Shown: positions 8,855-19,448 of the stretch, one piece after another
How positions within the stretch are numbered: the first letter of the stretch is position 1
Layout: the number at the start of each line of letters is the position of its first letter
Assembly (NCBI GenBank): GCA_026413625.1
Contig: JAOAKO010000003.1
Span: 2,507 to 66,506 of the forward strand
DNA: 64,000 nt
Reading direction: 5' to 3'
DNA from: Candidatus Micrarchaeota archaeon
GTDB taxonomy: Archaea > Micrarchaeota > Micrarchaeia > CABMEP01
Notes under the pieces: model-generated
Told to the model about the DNA's origin: nothing
What the model saw: the letters and a program-made list of their open reading frames with translations, nothing else
The model's database searches: none
Made by a program: the position numbers and the translations under genes

Positions 8855-9376
8855 TTATCCCTTATTCTTTTGCATCAGAAGTTTAATTATCTCTTCTCCA
8901 AATTTTTTTGCTGCTTTTGGTCCGTTGGCCGTTACAATATTTCCATCTACAGTTACCGCTTCTCCGCTGTATTCTACACCCATCTTAATCAAGCTATCCT
9001 TTTCAGATGGGAATGAGGTTGCTTTCTTTCCTTTGAGTATTCCCGAATTTGCAAGTATCGAAGGAGCTATGCATATCCCCCCTATAATCTTTTTGAGTTC
9101 ATACGCTCTCCTTAAGATCCTATGAGCTTCTTCATCGTAAAAATAGACAGTGGCACCGCTTCCACCTACGAAAATAACAGCATCATATTCTTCAACATTT
9201 ACCTCTTTTAATCTGAATTTTATATCTACAGTTGCACCCAACATTCCCTTTGCTTTATTGACGTCCTTAGCCGCAATATCGACTATCAAGCCATTTGTTT
9301 CAAATATATTTTTCGGTTCAAATAACTCTTCGTCTCTAAAGTTTATTGGCGCAACAATCATCAGAATTTTATTCAT
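8855..9376 (-). CDS. DJ-1/PfpI family protein
   Basis: FRDEEL..P, YDAVIFVGG.G, ICIAP..LA..GIL.GKKAT, DGNIVTANGP. Confidence 0.92.
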   Translation of the reverse strand: MNKILMIVAPINFRDEELFEPKNIFETNGLIVDIAAKDVNKAKGMLGATVDIKFRLKEVNVEEYDAVIFVGGSGATVYFYDEEAHRILRRAYELKKIIGGICIAPSILANSGILKGKKATSFPSEKDSLIKMGVEYSGEAVTVDGNIVTANGPKAAKKFGEEIIKLLMQKNKG

Positions 9377-9506
9377 TCTTTCACCTTAAAGTTATCAGTT
9401 CTTCGCTCCAATTTCCAATTTATAATATATAAATATAAAACATTAAAAAATACGCATATCCTGCCAGCTAAAAGAAGAATTTTAATATTAACGCAATTTA
9501 TAATTT

Positions 9507-9974
9507 ATGGAAAACTATTTAAAATTAGTAATTGCAATCCTGATTCCATTTTGTGCAGGCGCTGTTGGCTCATACTTTACATTCCCAGAAATTGATTCTT
9601 GGTATCAACTTTTAGCAAAGCCGAGCTTTAATCCGCCTAACTGGATATTTGGGCCAGTATGGTCGTTTTTATATCTACTAATCGGAATCTCATTTTACTT
9701 AATATGGAAAGAAAAAGAAATCTCTAAAAATCTCAGCATTTACAAATACTTCTTTATTCAGTTAGTGCTTAATACCTCATGGTCGTTAGTATTTTTCGGC
9801 TTAAAAAACATATTTTTCGCACTCCTATTGATAATCGTTTTATGGTTTTCTATCCTTCTTACAATTCTATCTTTTTATAAAGTTTCTAGGATTTCTGCAT
9901 ACCTGTTAATCCCCTATTTGATTTGGGTAAGTTTTGCCACAATTCTGAATTACTACGTCTATATTTTAAATTAA
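9507..9974 (+). CDS. tspO: TspO/MBR family tryptophan-rich sensory protein
   Basis: WY..LAKPSFNPPNWIFGPVW, QLVLN..WS..FFG, LIPYLIWV.FA..LN. Confidence 0.95.
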   Translation: MENYLKLVIAILIPFCAGAVGSYFTFPEIDSWYQLLAKPSFNPPNWIFGPVWSFLYLLIGISFYLIWKEKEISKNLSIYKYFFIQLVLNTSWSLVFFGLKNIFFALLLIIVLWFSILLTILSFYKVSRISAYLLIPYLIWVSFATILNYYVYILN

Positions 9975-9982
9975 AATTAGAG

Positions 9983-10082
9983 TGCGGCGGCCGGGATTTG
10001 AACCCGGGTTGCAGCCTTTTTGCGCCATTGTATTTATGTCGCATGGCAAGGCCGCGTCCTAACCAGACTAGACTACCGCCGC
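9983..10082 (-). tRNA. tRNA-Gly(GCC) with 26-nt intron (10018-10043) at 37/38
   Basis: Cloverleaf GCGGCGG..CCGCCGC-A, GGTTCAAATCC T-arm, anticodon stem CGGCC/GGCTG; BHB with TTGC/GCAA central helix. Confidence 0.93.
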
Positions 10083-10137
10083 AAGTCAACAAGTGTATAA
10101 ATATACATATCAGATTTTAAAAACTTATTGAATTTAT

Positions 10138-11460
10138 TCACAATCCCAACAAAATTGCTATTGCAATGAGCGCAACAGCTGCGACTACGAATAATCCAAT
10201 GAATATCTGAAATTCATTAGGCAAACTTTGTATGTCAGTGTATTTTTCTGCAAGACTTTGTTCGATATAAATTCTTTCAAAAGAGCTCTCCATTACCTCG
10301 TAGTCCGTTATTAACGTGCTCGGAAATATATATTTTATATTTGGATTTAGAGGCGGAAGTTTAAGGTTTATCTCAATTTGATGGATTTTCTTTGGTTCGA
10401 CCATTATTTGCCGTATGCAATTAGAACACTCAACTGAAACTGGAGGTATAAACATCGCGCTTAAAAAAATAGGCGCTTCCACCCGATTTTTTAATTTAAT
10501 TATCACTGGTTGATTCTGATCTAGTTGTGGCTGAGGAGAATAAACAATGTCAATATCTATTGGCTTTTCTTCAGTATAATTGATTATTTGGATTTCTACT
10601 TTCTCATCAAGATTTATCTTACTTGCGTCTTTAGATGTTGCACTTATGGAGTCATGGAGGTGGGATATATCGTTTGAGTACCCCATTCTTACTCTTAGTG
10701 CATTAAGATTCATAAATTGATTATGAGTAGGATCAATTTCAATCCATCCATATCCTTTAACATATGATTCCGTCCATGCATGAGGTATCCATTTGCCATC
10801 TACGTAGACATATCCGATTATCAACCTAGTGGGATAACCTCTATCCCTTGCAATCGCGGCAAATAGGTTAGAGAATTCATCGCATACGCCGGTTCTTTTT
10901 TGAAGAACCCAATCGGACGGCATAGTGCTAGCGGTTATGTCCGTTATCGTCACGTCGCTATAGGAAGAATTGTATTTTATGTTTTTATATATCCAATTCT
11001 GTATTTCATACAAATTATAAGGCTCGGCGGATACAAATAGTCTGCTCAGGTTTTTAATTTCATCATTAATTATAACGTATTTTGTTTCTTTTAAGTTATT
11101 TTCATCATATCGTCCAGTTTCTGCGTTTTTATTTCGATTTATATAATCTGTTTCAACAACAAAATTAGCCGTTATTCTTTTTGATCTGATGCCTCCAAAT
11201 TCAAATCTTATTTTCGATTCTGCATCTGCCACTATGCTATATGGATCAGAAAAATAAGAGCTGATTATTTTTTGATTCTGTGTATCTGTGGGTATGGTGA
11301 CGTCAAGCGTCGCATTTTCAAGCACTCCATTTGAGATGATGTCCCAATGGATTGTAACGTTTAGCAATGCTTTCGTTGGTCTGGCATCTAAAACAGACAC
11401 GAACAGCATTAGAAAAATTGCTATGACTTCTATTTTAAGTGCACTACGACTATAAGTCAT
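10138..11460 (-). CDS. Secreted, membrane-anchored transglutaminase-like protein
   Basis: Signal peptide; GVCDEFSNLF, HAWTE, IDPT (Cys-His-Asp triad); C-terminal TM. Confidence 0.85.
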   Translation of the reverse strand: MTYSRSALKIEVIAIFLMLFVSVLDARPTKALLNVTIHWDIISNGVLENATLDVTIPTDTQNQKIISSYFSDPYSIVADAESKIRFEFGGIRSKRITANFVVETDYINRNKNAETGRYDENNLKETKYVIINDEIKNLSRLFVSAEPYNLYEIQNWIYKNIKYNSSYSDVTITDITASTMPSDWVLQKRTGVCDEFSNLFAAIARDRGYPTRLIIGYVYVDGKWIPHAWTESYVKGYGWIEIDPTHNQFMNLNALRVRMGYSNDISHLHDSISATSKDASKINLDEKVEIQIINYTEEKPIDIDIVYSPQPQLDQNQPVIIKLKNRVEAPIFLSAMFIPPVSVECSNCIRQIMVEPKKIHQIEINLKLPPLNPNIKYIFPSTLITDYEVMESSFERIYIEQSLAEKYTDIQSLPNEFQIFIGLFVVAAVALIAIAILLGL

Positions 11461-11503
11461 AATCTACTATGCATCAAAATTAATTAAATTGTTTTTATTT
11501 CAA

Positions 11504-11576
11504 TGCCGCGGGGCGGATTTGAACCACCAACCTTTCGGTCTTCAGCCGAATGCTCTCCCAATTGAGCTACCGCGGC
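11504..11576 (-). tRNA. tRNA-Phe(GAA)
   Basis: GCCGCGGTAGCTCAATTGGGAGAGCA-TTCGG-CTGAAGA-CCGAA...GGTTCAAATCC-GCCCCGCGGCA. Confidence 0.96.
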
Positions 11577-11628
11577 TTCGGCATGAACGAATACATTATG
11601 TCATTTAATTTTTAAATTGTTTTGTTTT

Positions 11629-12009
11629 TCATATTATGTCAGCTATCCTTCTATTTATTTCTAGCATTTTCTTTTTTGTTATGGAATAAGATCTTTCATT
11701 TTTTTCTAATTCCGGAAGGTATGCAAAGTACCATCCTTCGTAAGGCATTTTCCACGCTATCAGAGTTGTTATACCGGTATTTTCTTCCCATCTGATAAGT
11801 GATTCATACTTTTCATGATCTATCGCAATTCTGTCGCTATTCCAAGCCTTGCACTCCATTGCGTATTGTTTTCCTCTTTTGAACAGAAGTATATCTGGGC
11901 TTACTGCGTTTACCCCGCTTCCTGCAGACCTTACTACGCTATATCCTTGTTCTTCAAATATATGGATAAGCTCCCTTTCGTTTCTGGCACCTTTTTTATA
12001 CCTATACAT
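11629..12009 (-). CDS. hjc: Holliday junction resolvase Hjc
   Basis: YKKGARNEREL, GYSVVRSAGSG, PDIL...MECK. Confidence 0.93.
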   Translation of the reverse strand: MYRYKKGARNERELIHIFEEQGYSVVRSAGSGVNAVSPDILLFKRGKQYAMECKAWNSDRIAIDHEKYESLIRWEENTGITTLIAWKMPYEGWYFAYLPELEKNERSYSITKKKMLEINRRIADII

Positions 12010-12101
12010 CGAATCAGCCTGATTTAAATTGCATATTTATCTTATAAGAGAGATTTATAAATTGTTGTCTTAAATATAATCATTACTTAATGGGTGGAAT
12101 C

Positions 12102-12704
12102 ATGGTTGAAACACAGGGACCGATTAGACGATTTATAAAAATATTGAGGGGCGAGAGACCTTCTATTCCATTAGAAGCAGTTATGCAAAAGGGAGTTGTA
12201 GTATTAGAATCTTCAAAATCTGCACTTGACGCAGCTAAGACAATGGAAAAGAATAAAATAGGCTCAATTATAGTGGTTGAAAAGGGGAAAGCAGTCGGGA
12301 TCGTAACTGAAAGAGACCTGGTTAGACGAGTTATTGCGGCAAAGAAAAAGCCCACAGTTAAGCTCAAACAGATTCTTTCTTCCCCTCTTAGAGTCGCAAG
12401 ACCAGAACAGGATATACAAGAAGCAGTGCTTGCAATGAAGAAATATAAGATAAAGAAGTTGGCAGTTGTCGATGATAAAGGAAGACTTGTGGGCATTGTC
12501 ACAGACACGGACATAACCAGGGCGCTTCCAGGCATGATTGACATTCTTCAAGAGATTGGAAATTATAATAGGCTATCAGAGGAATCGCAATCAGTGGGCA
12601 TCTGCCAAAAATGCGGCCTTTATTCAGACACTCTCCAAAACGTAAACGGAGAGTTTCTTTGCGAGGAATGCAGAGAGGAAGAGTCAGAAGAGTACGAGCA
12701 ATGA
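12102..12704 (+). CDS. CBS-pair protein with C-terminal zinc ribbon
   Basis: Two CBS repeats (GIVTERD, GIVTDTD) and GICQKCG...FLCEEC. Confidence 0.9.
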   Translation: MVETQGPIRRFIKILRGERPSIPLEAVMQKGVVVLESSKSALDAAKTMEKNKIGSIIVVEKGKAVGIVTERDLVRRVIAAKKKPTVKLKQILSSPLRVARPEQDIQEAVLAMKKYKIKKLAVVDDKGRLVGIVTDTDITRALPGMIDILQEIGNYNRLSEESQSVGICQKCGLYSDTLQNVNGEFLCEECREEESEEYEQ

Positions 12705-12810
12705 ATTATCTAAAAACAATATCAAAATAGAAAGGTTTAAAAATAAGCATGACTTAATCATTATAAGTGTAACATTATTGGCTAGGCAGTTGATGCCTAA
12801 AATCTAAAAC

Positions 12811-13296
12811 ATGAAAACAGACATTGTCAAACAAAAGCTTAAGACTTTAAAAAGGGTGCTTGAGCACCTTAATACCTCTAGAGTAATTGTTCTCGTTGAA
12901 GGAAAACGTGATATTCATGCTCTTAGAAACTCACATTTCTATGAAGGAGAAATCATACAAATATCTAACAGAAAGCCACATGAATTAGCACAGCTTTTGC
13001 TTGGCAGTGACAAAACCGTTGTAATCTTAACCGACTATGATGAGGCTGGAGAACAGCTTCTTGAGAGATTTGCGGACGAACTTACCGCAAATAACATAAA
13101 GGTCGATATTACAACGAGAAAAACACTGCGTTGGATTTTAGGCATGAATACCATAGAAGAAATTTCAACCGCTTATGCTGATTTTGTTGCACAGATTACA
13201 TGTGCACAGCACGAATTGTGCCTGACAGAGGAAGCATTGGCTCCAATAAGGAACGAAATTGTGCTTCTCAATAAGGGCAATTCAAGGGTGCACTAA
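12811..13296 (+). CDS. Small Toprim-domain protein
   Basis: VLVEGKRD and ILTDYDEAG motifs; directly upstream of dnaG. Confidence 0.88.
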   Translation: MKTDIVKQKLKTLKRVLEHLNTSRVIVLVEGKRDIHALRNSHFYEGEIIQISNRKPHELAQLLLGSDKTVVILTDYDEAGEQLLERFADELTANNIKVDITTRKTLRWILGMNTIEEISTAYADFVAQITCAQHELCLTEEALAPIRNEIVLLNKGNSRVH

Positions 13297-13346
13297 AATA
13301 AAAAACAAATAAAAGAAAGCACGCTAGTGCATCAACAGGTGATAAA

Positions 13347-14612
13347 ATGGGTAAGATTTACATAGATACTGTTAAGTATGTAATTCATGCAAATGTAGAG
13401 ATAACAGGTTTGGTTGAAAAACCAGATGTGGTAGGAGCAATATTCGGTCAGACAGAAGGACTTTTGGGAGAAGAGCTCGATCTTAGAGAGCTCCAGAAAA
13501 ACGGAAGAATTGGGAGAATAGAAGTCAACCTTCAACCCAAAGGGAACAAATCTGTAGGAACCATAGAAGTCCCTTCAAGTCTTGATCTTGTTGAGACATG
13601 TATAATTGCATCAGCTCTTGAAACTGTTGATAGAGTCGGTCCTTGCGAGGCGTATATAAATGTGCAAAGAGTCGAAGATACAAGGAATGTAAAAAGGAAA
13701 AAAGTGGTTGAACGAGCAAAGGAGCTCGTCAAGAAAATGGTCACAACCGAAATACCAGAAAGAAAAGAACTTTCGGAGCTTGTTCGTGCGGAAGTAAAGA
13801 CAGCGGAAATCTCTTCTTACGGTCCGGAAAAACTCCCAGCGGGACCGAATCTTGACGCTGCAGACTCTATAATACTTGTAGAAGGAAGGGCAGACGTCAT
13901 CAACCTGCTGAAGAATGACATTAACAATGTGATTGCAATAGGCGGAGCAAACGTGCCTAAGACAATAATCGACCTCTGCAAGAAGAAGGAAGTAACCCTA
14001 TTTGTTGATGGAGACAGGGGAGGCGAAATAATAATGAGAGAAGTTCTAAACAATTGCGAGGTTGATTATCTGGCAAGAGCACCGACTGGAACTGAAGTTG
14101 AGGAGCTAACGAGAAAAGAAATTCTCAAATCCTTAAGGTCAAGGGTTCCGGTAGAACAGGCAGACACTTTAAAAAGAAGAAAGGAAGAGGGTACTTTTGA
14201 ACAGCAATACAGATCCGCTGTTCAGAGGGAATCATTTCCTTCAGCTCAGCAACCCCAACAGATCAAGACTGAGTTTCCTTCTACACAGCCAAAGCTTCAG
14301 GAATCCGAATCCACAGCGCCAACAGGTATTCCAGAAAACATACAATCAGAACTAAATTCTCTTGAAGGTTCTTTAAAGGCAAAATTTTATGACGAACAAA
14401 TGAATGTTTTAGGAGAAGTGCCTGTTAGAGATGTCACAAAAGCACTCCAAGAAACAAAAGGTGTTTCAGTAGTAATACTTGACGGAATAATAACACAGAG
14501 ACTTGTTGATCTTACTGAAACATTAAACATAAAAACAATTGCAGGAATAAAAATGGGCAATGTATTCAGAAAACCACAGAATCTTCAGATATTTGTCAAG
14601 CAACAGGTTTAA
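13347..14612 (+). CDS. dnaG: Archaeal DnaG (primase-like, exosome-associated)
   Basis: EKPDVVGAIFGQTEGLLG.ELDLRELQK.GRIGRI, VEGRADV, DGDRGG, DGIITQRL. Confidence 0.97.
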   Translation: MGKIYIDTVKYVIHANVEITGLVEKPDVVGAIFGQTEGLLGEELDLRELQKNGRIGRIEVNLQPKGNKSVGTIEVPSSLDLVETCIIASALETVDRVGPCEAYINVQRVEDTRNVKRKKVVERAKELVKKMVTTEIPERKELSELVRAEVKTAEISSYGPEKLPAGPNLDAADSIILVEGRADVINLLKNDINNVIAIGGANVPKTIIDLCKKKEVTLFVDGDRGGEIIMREVLNNCEVDYLARAPTGTEVEELTRKEILKSLRSRVPVEQADTLKRRKEEGTFEQQYRSAVQRESFPSAQQPQQIKTEFPSTQPKLQESESTAPTGIPENIQSELNSLEGSLKAKFYDEQMNVLGEVPVRDVTKALQETKGVSVVILDGIITQRLVDLTETLNIKTIAGIKMGNVFRKPQNLQIFVKQQV

Positions 14613-14674
14613 TTTTTTGATTTTTATTTATTTTATTCTTTTTATGCAGCATTTCATAGCCATAAAATTTAGAT

Positions 14675-15706
14675 TTATTTGTATCTAAATCTTAATATTC
14701 CAGCCACTCCTCCGAATTTTTGTAATTTTTTCCACGGTTCCTCACCAGAAGTAAAGACTGTGATTTCAACTCCCTTCGCCTTTGCCTCGTCTAAGATTTC
14801 AGGATGATGCCTTGCATATTCATCTAGTATATATATCTCAGCAAGCGCCCCATATTGGTTGGCTTCATTAACTTCTTCGGCCCCTTTCACCGCCAAACCG
14901 CTGTTTCTTCCAAGTTCTGTCATTAATTTTTCTAACTTTTCAAATTCACGCGTTATTCTATCTTCTTTCATTATCTGCTTAACAGTACCGCTTTTGATCA
15001 GTTCGTAAATGCCGCTTTTTTCGGCAGTACTTGCATGCTCAATGGTTATATTTTTAAGCAAATCAGGATGTTTGTTTTTAATATAATTTCTGAACGATTC
15101 CGCAGTAAACCCCGGCCCTGCGACAAGAACTCGCTTAGAATTTTGCACAATCTTTGCCAGTTCTGCAAAATATTTGTTTATTTTTTCCTCATATGCATCA
15201 TCACGCTTGGAAGTTCTGCTTTCAAGTTCAAAATCAAATTCAATCCCATAGCTCTTAAGGGTAGCGACATTAGCTATTTTATCGTCCATGACAATGATTC
15301 TTAATATCGGCCGCTTGCTGCTTTTTTCAGAATCTTTGATCCTGTCAAGCTCATAAGTGTTCCATTTTTCCTTCTTTATCTTATACTGGTAACCAACCTC
15401 AAAGTCTATCGTGTGATGGCTTCCTTTTTGGACATATTCTTCCGGGCTTCCAGAAAGTATTACACCCATTACACGCAATATATTCGCATTTTTATGCAAT
15501 TCAGTTCTTTCAACTTTCAATTCTATTGTAACCTCTTTTTTCTCTCCTGATTCCCCTTTTTCGCCTTCCGATCTGAATCTTCTAATAGTCTTGCCGATAA
15601 CGATATCTCCAGGATTTATTATTTTCATTAAATGCCATAAATCCTCAAAATTCTCAGGCTCTATTTTCATTTCATTATTTCTCTGATCAAATTTGATTAC
15701 CTTCAT
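14675..15706 (-). CDS. pelA: mRNA surveillance protein Pelota
   Basis: PEN.EDLWHL..II.PGD, GSHHT, VAGPGF, FGGVAGILRF. Confidence 0.95.
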   Translation of the reverse strand: MKVIKFDQRNNEMKIEPENFEDLWHLMKIINPGDIVIGKTIRRFRSEGEKGESGEKKEVTIELKVERTELHKNANILRVMGVILSGSPEEYVQKGSHHTIDFEVGYQYKIKKEKWNTYELDRIKDSEKSSKRPILRIIVMDDKIANVATLKSYGIEFDFELESRTSKRDDAYEEKINKYFAELAKIVQNSKRVLVAGPGFTAESFRNYIKNKHPDLLKNITIEHASTAEKSGIYELIKSGTVKQIMKEDRITREFEKLEKLMTELGRNSGLAVKGAEEVNEANQYGALAEIYILDEYARHHPEILDEAKAKGVEITVFTSGEEPWKKLQKFGGVAGILRFRYK

Positions 15707-15832
15707 ATAATCATTCTTCCTGCCAATATTTACTTTAATAACTTAGCTATATATAATATTTAAATATTTAAGTGATGTATTAATTTGTAGTGATACTAAA
15801 TTATTTAAAGGCGCAACTTATAGAGTGATTTT

Positions 15833-16849
15833 ATGAACATGAACAAAGCAATCCTATTGTCTTTGGCATTAATAATAGGCATTGTATTTTTTTCTGGATG
15901 TACGTCCACGAAAAAATGCAATTTAGATTCTGATTGTGGTAGTTGGCAAATGTGCAATAATTCAAAATGCATCGCAGCACCGGGCTTTTGCGATTCTAAC
16001 AATGACTGTGCCTCACATGAGCAATGCAACGTTAAAACACACACATGCGTCGTAAGGACCGGAATGTGCAACGCCAACTCCGACTGTCCAGACTGGCAGG
16101 AATGTGATACAGCAACTCACGAATGTAAGGTCAAATTAGGATATTGCATAGATAGCACTTACTGTACTAAGGATTACGAAGTATGCGATTCAATGACCCA
16201 TCTCTGCATCCCTAAAGAAGGCAGGTGCAATAACGATTATGACTGCGAGGGATGGCAGCTCTGTAATACTACAACAAACATGTGCTATCCTAGAGAAGGA
16301 TATTGCTTCACAAGACTTGACTGTAACCTTTGGGAAGAATGCGATGAAAGAACTAATAAATGCAAAGTTAGGGAAGGTTACTGTGCAAACGATGGCAACT
16401 GTCAGAAATGGCAAATTTGCGATTTAACAACACATAGGTGCGAAGTAGCGCCAAAGTATTGTGAAAAGGATTCCCAATGTGAAAGCTGGCAATATTGTCA
16501 GGTTTCTTCACATCAGTGCGTTGCAAGAAAAGGGTACTGCAGTTCAACTTCTGACTGTGCAGGAGGATATTCGGGTTATGAGACATGCGATCCAGTAACC
16601 CATAAGTGTATTCTTGTAGCTGGAAGGTGTGCATCAGATTCCGACTGCAAGAGTTGGGAATATTGCGACGCAACTAATAAGGTATGCAAGGTTAAACCAG
16701 GTTACTGTAATACAAACAATGACTGTGCAAGATCAGAAGCTTGTGACGTATCAATACACAGATGCTATAACTTGTATTGCGTGACCGATGCTGATTGTGA
16801 TTCCGGATACAAGTGTTCATTTGTAACCAGGTCTTGCTATAAAATCTAA
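15833..16849 (+). CDS. Cysteine-rich repeat lipoprotein (12 repeats of about 26 aa)
   Basis: Lipobox FSGC; repeats of type C-x5-C-x5-C-x6-C (e.g. CNANSDCPDWQECDTATHECKVKLGY). Confidence 0.85.
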   Translation: MNMNKAILLSLALIIGIVFFSGCTSTKKCNLDSDCGSWQMCNNSKCIAAPGFCDSNNDCASHEQCNVKTHTCVVRTGMCNANSDCPDWQECDTATHECKVKLGYCIDSTYCTKDYEVCDSMTHLCIPKEGRCNNDYDCEGWQLCNTTTNMCYPREGYCFTRLDCNLWEECDERTNKCKVREGYCANDGNCQKWQICDLTTHRCEVAPKYCEKDSQCESWQYCQVSSHQCVARKGYCSSTSDCAGGYSGYETCDPVTHKCILVAGRCASDSDCKSWEYCDATNKVCKVKPGYCNTNNDCARSEACDVSIHRCYNLYCVTDADCDSGYKCSFVTRSCYKI

Positions 16850-16877
16850 TTTTTTATTTTTTTAAGATCCAGGTGGA

Positions 16878-17345
16878 TTGATGCTTAATGAGATAACCTT
16901 TTTTTTATTCCAGCATCTGCAAAATCCATTTATAGTATCATTTATCCTAGGCATGCTTCCTATTTCAGAAGTCAGAGGTGCCGTGATTTATGCGTTTTCT
17001 ATAGACCAGCCGCTTGCCATTATACCCGCTATATTTTCAAACATACTAATATGTCCTGTGATACTATTATTTTGGAAGATGCTAAACGTGCAAAAAATAG
17101 GTGAGTTCATACTTGGAAAATCGCTTGATAAAAAACTTCTGAGGTTTTCAAAAAACTACGAGTCACAAGGAATACTGGCTCTCATTGTTTTTATAGGTAT
17201 TCCTTTTCCTGCTACAGGGGTTTATACTGCTACTTTTTTGGCAGAAATGATTGGAATAAGTAGATGGAAAATAATAGCTGGATCAGCTTTAGGCGTTTTG
17301 ATTTCAGCGTCAGTGACAGCAATGCTTTTAACACACCTATTATAA
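16878..17345 (+). CDS. Putative small multidrug export protein (COG2426-like)
   Basis: MLPISEVRGA, FIGIPFPATGVYTA. Confidence 0.85.
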   Translation: MMLNEITFFLFQHLQNPFIVSFILGMLPISEVRGAVIYAFSIDQPLAIIPAIFSNILICPVILLFWKMLNVQKIGEFILGKSLDKKLLRFSKNYESQGILALIVFIGIPFPATGVYTATFLAEMIGISRWKIIAGSALGVLISASVTAMLLTHLL

Positions 17346-17371
17346 TTTCTAAAAAAACAAAAAGAAAAAGA

Positions 17372-18436
17372 CTATCCGCAGCTTCCACTTACGGTTCCAC
17401 TTTCGCTGCTTAATGCAGTATCACAGGAATTCGGCCTAGTTAAAAACGCAGAACAAATGGTTTGCTTGTATGCCTCTGGCGTCCTTCCACCCGAATACTC
17501 TACGTCATTTATAAATAGGGTAGGCGAGCCTTGAACGCCATATTTTTTGTTAAGCTCGTATTCCTGCTTTGCATATTCAATAGCGTTTTTATCATAGCAA
17601 TTCTTTACATATTCAACATCTATTCCTTTTGATTTTGCTATGCTCTCCCAGCAGCTATCTACATTTTGGTAGTTGCATGATAAACTAACCGCCTTAATGT
17701 ATTCCTTCCAAACAGAGTAGTCATATTTGTCTTTTATGCACATTTGCCTTATATTTTCATTCAGTTCTTGTATTCCGTGCATAGAGCAGTATGTCTTGTT
17801 TAAACAGTATTTATCCTCTTGCCCAGCATAGTATTGTGAAGGATATACAACAAAATGAAGCTCGAAATTAATCTTGTCACCAAGAATGTCTAAAACAGGC
17901 CACATTGCATTTTCTGCTTGCTGCCCGTATGGACAATAGCTCATCACGAATAACTTGACATTCGGTTTTTCCGTTTTGGGAATCTCTTCCGGTTGTGTCT
18001 GGATTTGTTGGTCAATTTGAGGAATGCTTTTGCTCATATTGTATAACGCACCGACCATCATAAACTGTCCGTCATTGGTTACATAAACTTCTCCTTCGCT
18101 TATTTTATTTCCATTTTGCATTATATCTATTTTTAGTATAGATATCCCGCTAACTTGCGTGATGTTTTTGACTGCTGCATTCGCATTATATGATTTGAGG
18201 AAATTTACGTTAAGATATTCTGTAACCTTGGCAGATATATCCGCCATGCTCATTTCAATCCCGTACTTTGGCTTTGACAGTGATAGGAACGGTAAATCCC
18301 ATGCGTTCATAAGCATGTAGCCAATCAATATATATCCAAAGACAATGCCAAAAATTCCTCCAACTATAAGACTTGTAATGATCAGTCTTCTTTTACTTGT
18401 TTTTTCAACATGTTCCCTTATTCTTGTAACAACCAT
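17372..18436 (-). CDS. Membrane-anchored thioredoxin/DsbA-fold protein, GILT-like
   Basis: N-terminal TM; LFVMSYCPYG, CSMHG..E..EN.RQ.C, GVQGSPTLFIN, ICSAF...P..C. Confidence 0.8.
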   Translation of the reverse strand: MVVTRIREHVEKTSKRRLIITSLIVGGIFGIVFGYILIGYMLMNAWDLPFLSLSKPKYGIEMSMADISAKVTEYLNVNFLKSYNANAAVKNITQVSGISILKIDIMQNGNKISEGEVYVTNDGQFMMVGALYNMSKSIPQIDQQIQTQPEEIPKTEKPNVKLFVMSYCPYGQQAENAMWPVLDILGDKINFELHFVVYPSQYYAGQEDKYCLNKTYCSMHGIQELNENIRQMCIKDKYDYSVWKEYIKAVSLSCNYQNVDSCWESIAKSKGIDVEYVKNCYDKNAIEYAKQEYELNKKYGVQGSPTLFINDVEYSGGRTPEAYKQTICSAFLTRPNSCDTALSSESGTVSGSCG

Positions 18437-18513
18437 TTTATCACCAAAAATAGTAATTATATTTTATTATAATAGATTGATAAATCTTTACTTTTTAGTA
18501 TATATTGATGTAG

Positions 18514-19044
18514 ATGGGAAATTTCAGCAGTTCGATATGGTTGTATCTTTCTCTAATAACTGCATGGAATATACTAATCTTTATAACACCGCTCTTATCG
18601 ATTAAAGGTTTAGATAATTCAGTGTTGTTTAATCTATTTTCCGTTTTTTGCCACCAGATATTCGAAAGATCTTTATGTATGAATAAAGACATGGAAATAA
18701 GCAGCTGTTCGATAGATCAGGGCTATACCTATCAATTTCCAGTTTGCGCAAGAGATTTTGCGTTTTATTTCGCAATGCTTTTGGGAGGAATTTTTATTTT
18801 AGCTCTTGGTAAAGATAAAGATAGAGAGATCCCAAGCCTAATATTTCTTTTCATATTTGTTCTTCCAACTGCAATCGACGGTTTAACTCAGCTTTTCGGG
18901 ATTAGAGAAAGTAACAACCAGCTTAGAATTGCGACAGGATTTTTAGCTGGGATAATAGTTCCCTTCTATGTAATACCTATAATGAATAGGGTTTTTAATA
19001 AAGGTGCATATAATGCAAGAAAGAGATCGCGAATTAGATCTTAG
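18514..19044 (+). CDS. DUF2085 membrane protein
   Basis: [35 protein letters not shown]. Confidence 0.9.
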   Translation: MGNFSSSIWLYLSLITAWNILIFITPLLSIKGLDNSVLFNLFSVFCHQIFERSLCMNKDMEISSCSIDQGYTYQFPVCARDFAFYFAMLLGGIFILALGKDKDREIPSLIFLFIFVLPTAIDGLTQLFGIRESNNQLRIATGFLAGIIVPFYVIPIMNRVFNKGAYNARKRSRIRS

Positions 19045-19441
19045 TTCGGTTGTATCGAGATTGAAAAATTTCAAGAAAGAATTAAAATCATTAGGCAGGG
19101 CAAAAACCAATGGCCAAAATTTAATAAAGAAGAAGATAATAAACGCACTGAAGAAATGCATCGACCCTGAGTTGGGAAGCAACATCGTAGATCTTGGTTT
19201 TGTATATGGAATAACATTAACAAGGCTAAACAGAAAATACAAGGCAAAAATAATTGTTACATTAACTTCTCCTTTTTGTCCATTGTCAGATTATATAGTT
19301 TCACAGGCTAGGGAGTCGGTAGCCAAAGTCAAAGGAATTTCTAATGTTGAAGTTGAAGTAACTTTTGAACCGCAATGGACTCCAGCAATGATCTCCTTGG
19401 AACTTCAGAAGAAACTATTCAAGAGTTTTTTAAGTGATTGA
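19013..19441 (+). CDS. Metal-sulfur cluster assembly factor (DUF59/SufT-like)
   Basis: [32 protein letters not shown]. Confidence 0.92.
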   Translation: MQERDRELDLSSVVSRLKNFKKELKSLGRAKTNGQNLIKKKIINALKKCIDPELGSNIVDLGFVYGITLTRLNRKYKAKIIVTLTSPFCPLSDYIVSQARESVAKVKGISNVEVEVTFEPQWTPAMISLELQKKLFKSFLSD

Positions 19442-19448
19442 TTGGCAA

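Noticed and set aside
8402..9125. 204-aa and 119-aa plus-strand ORFs
   Set aside because: Antisense to the well-supported RSH and DJ-1 genes
9886..10120. Short ORFs over tRNA-Gly (and 29328-29573 over tRNA-Asn)
   Set aside because: Explained by the tRNA genes
15833..16849. Periodic sequence as a possible CRISPR array
   Set aside because: The repetition is at the protein level; there are no identical DNA repeats with spacers and no cas genes
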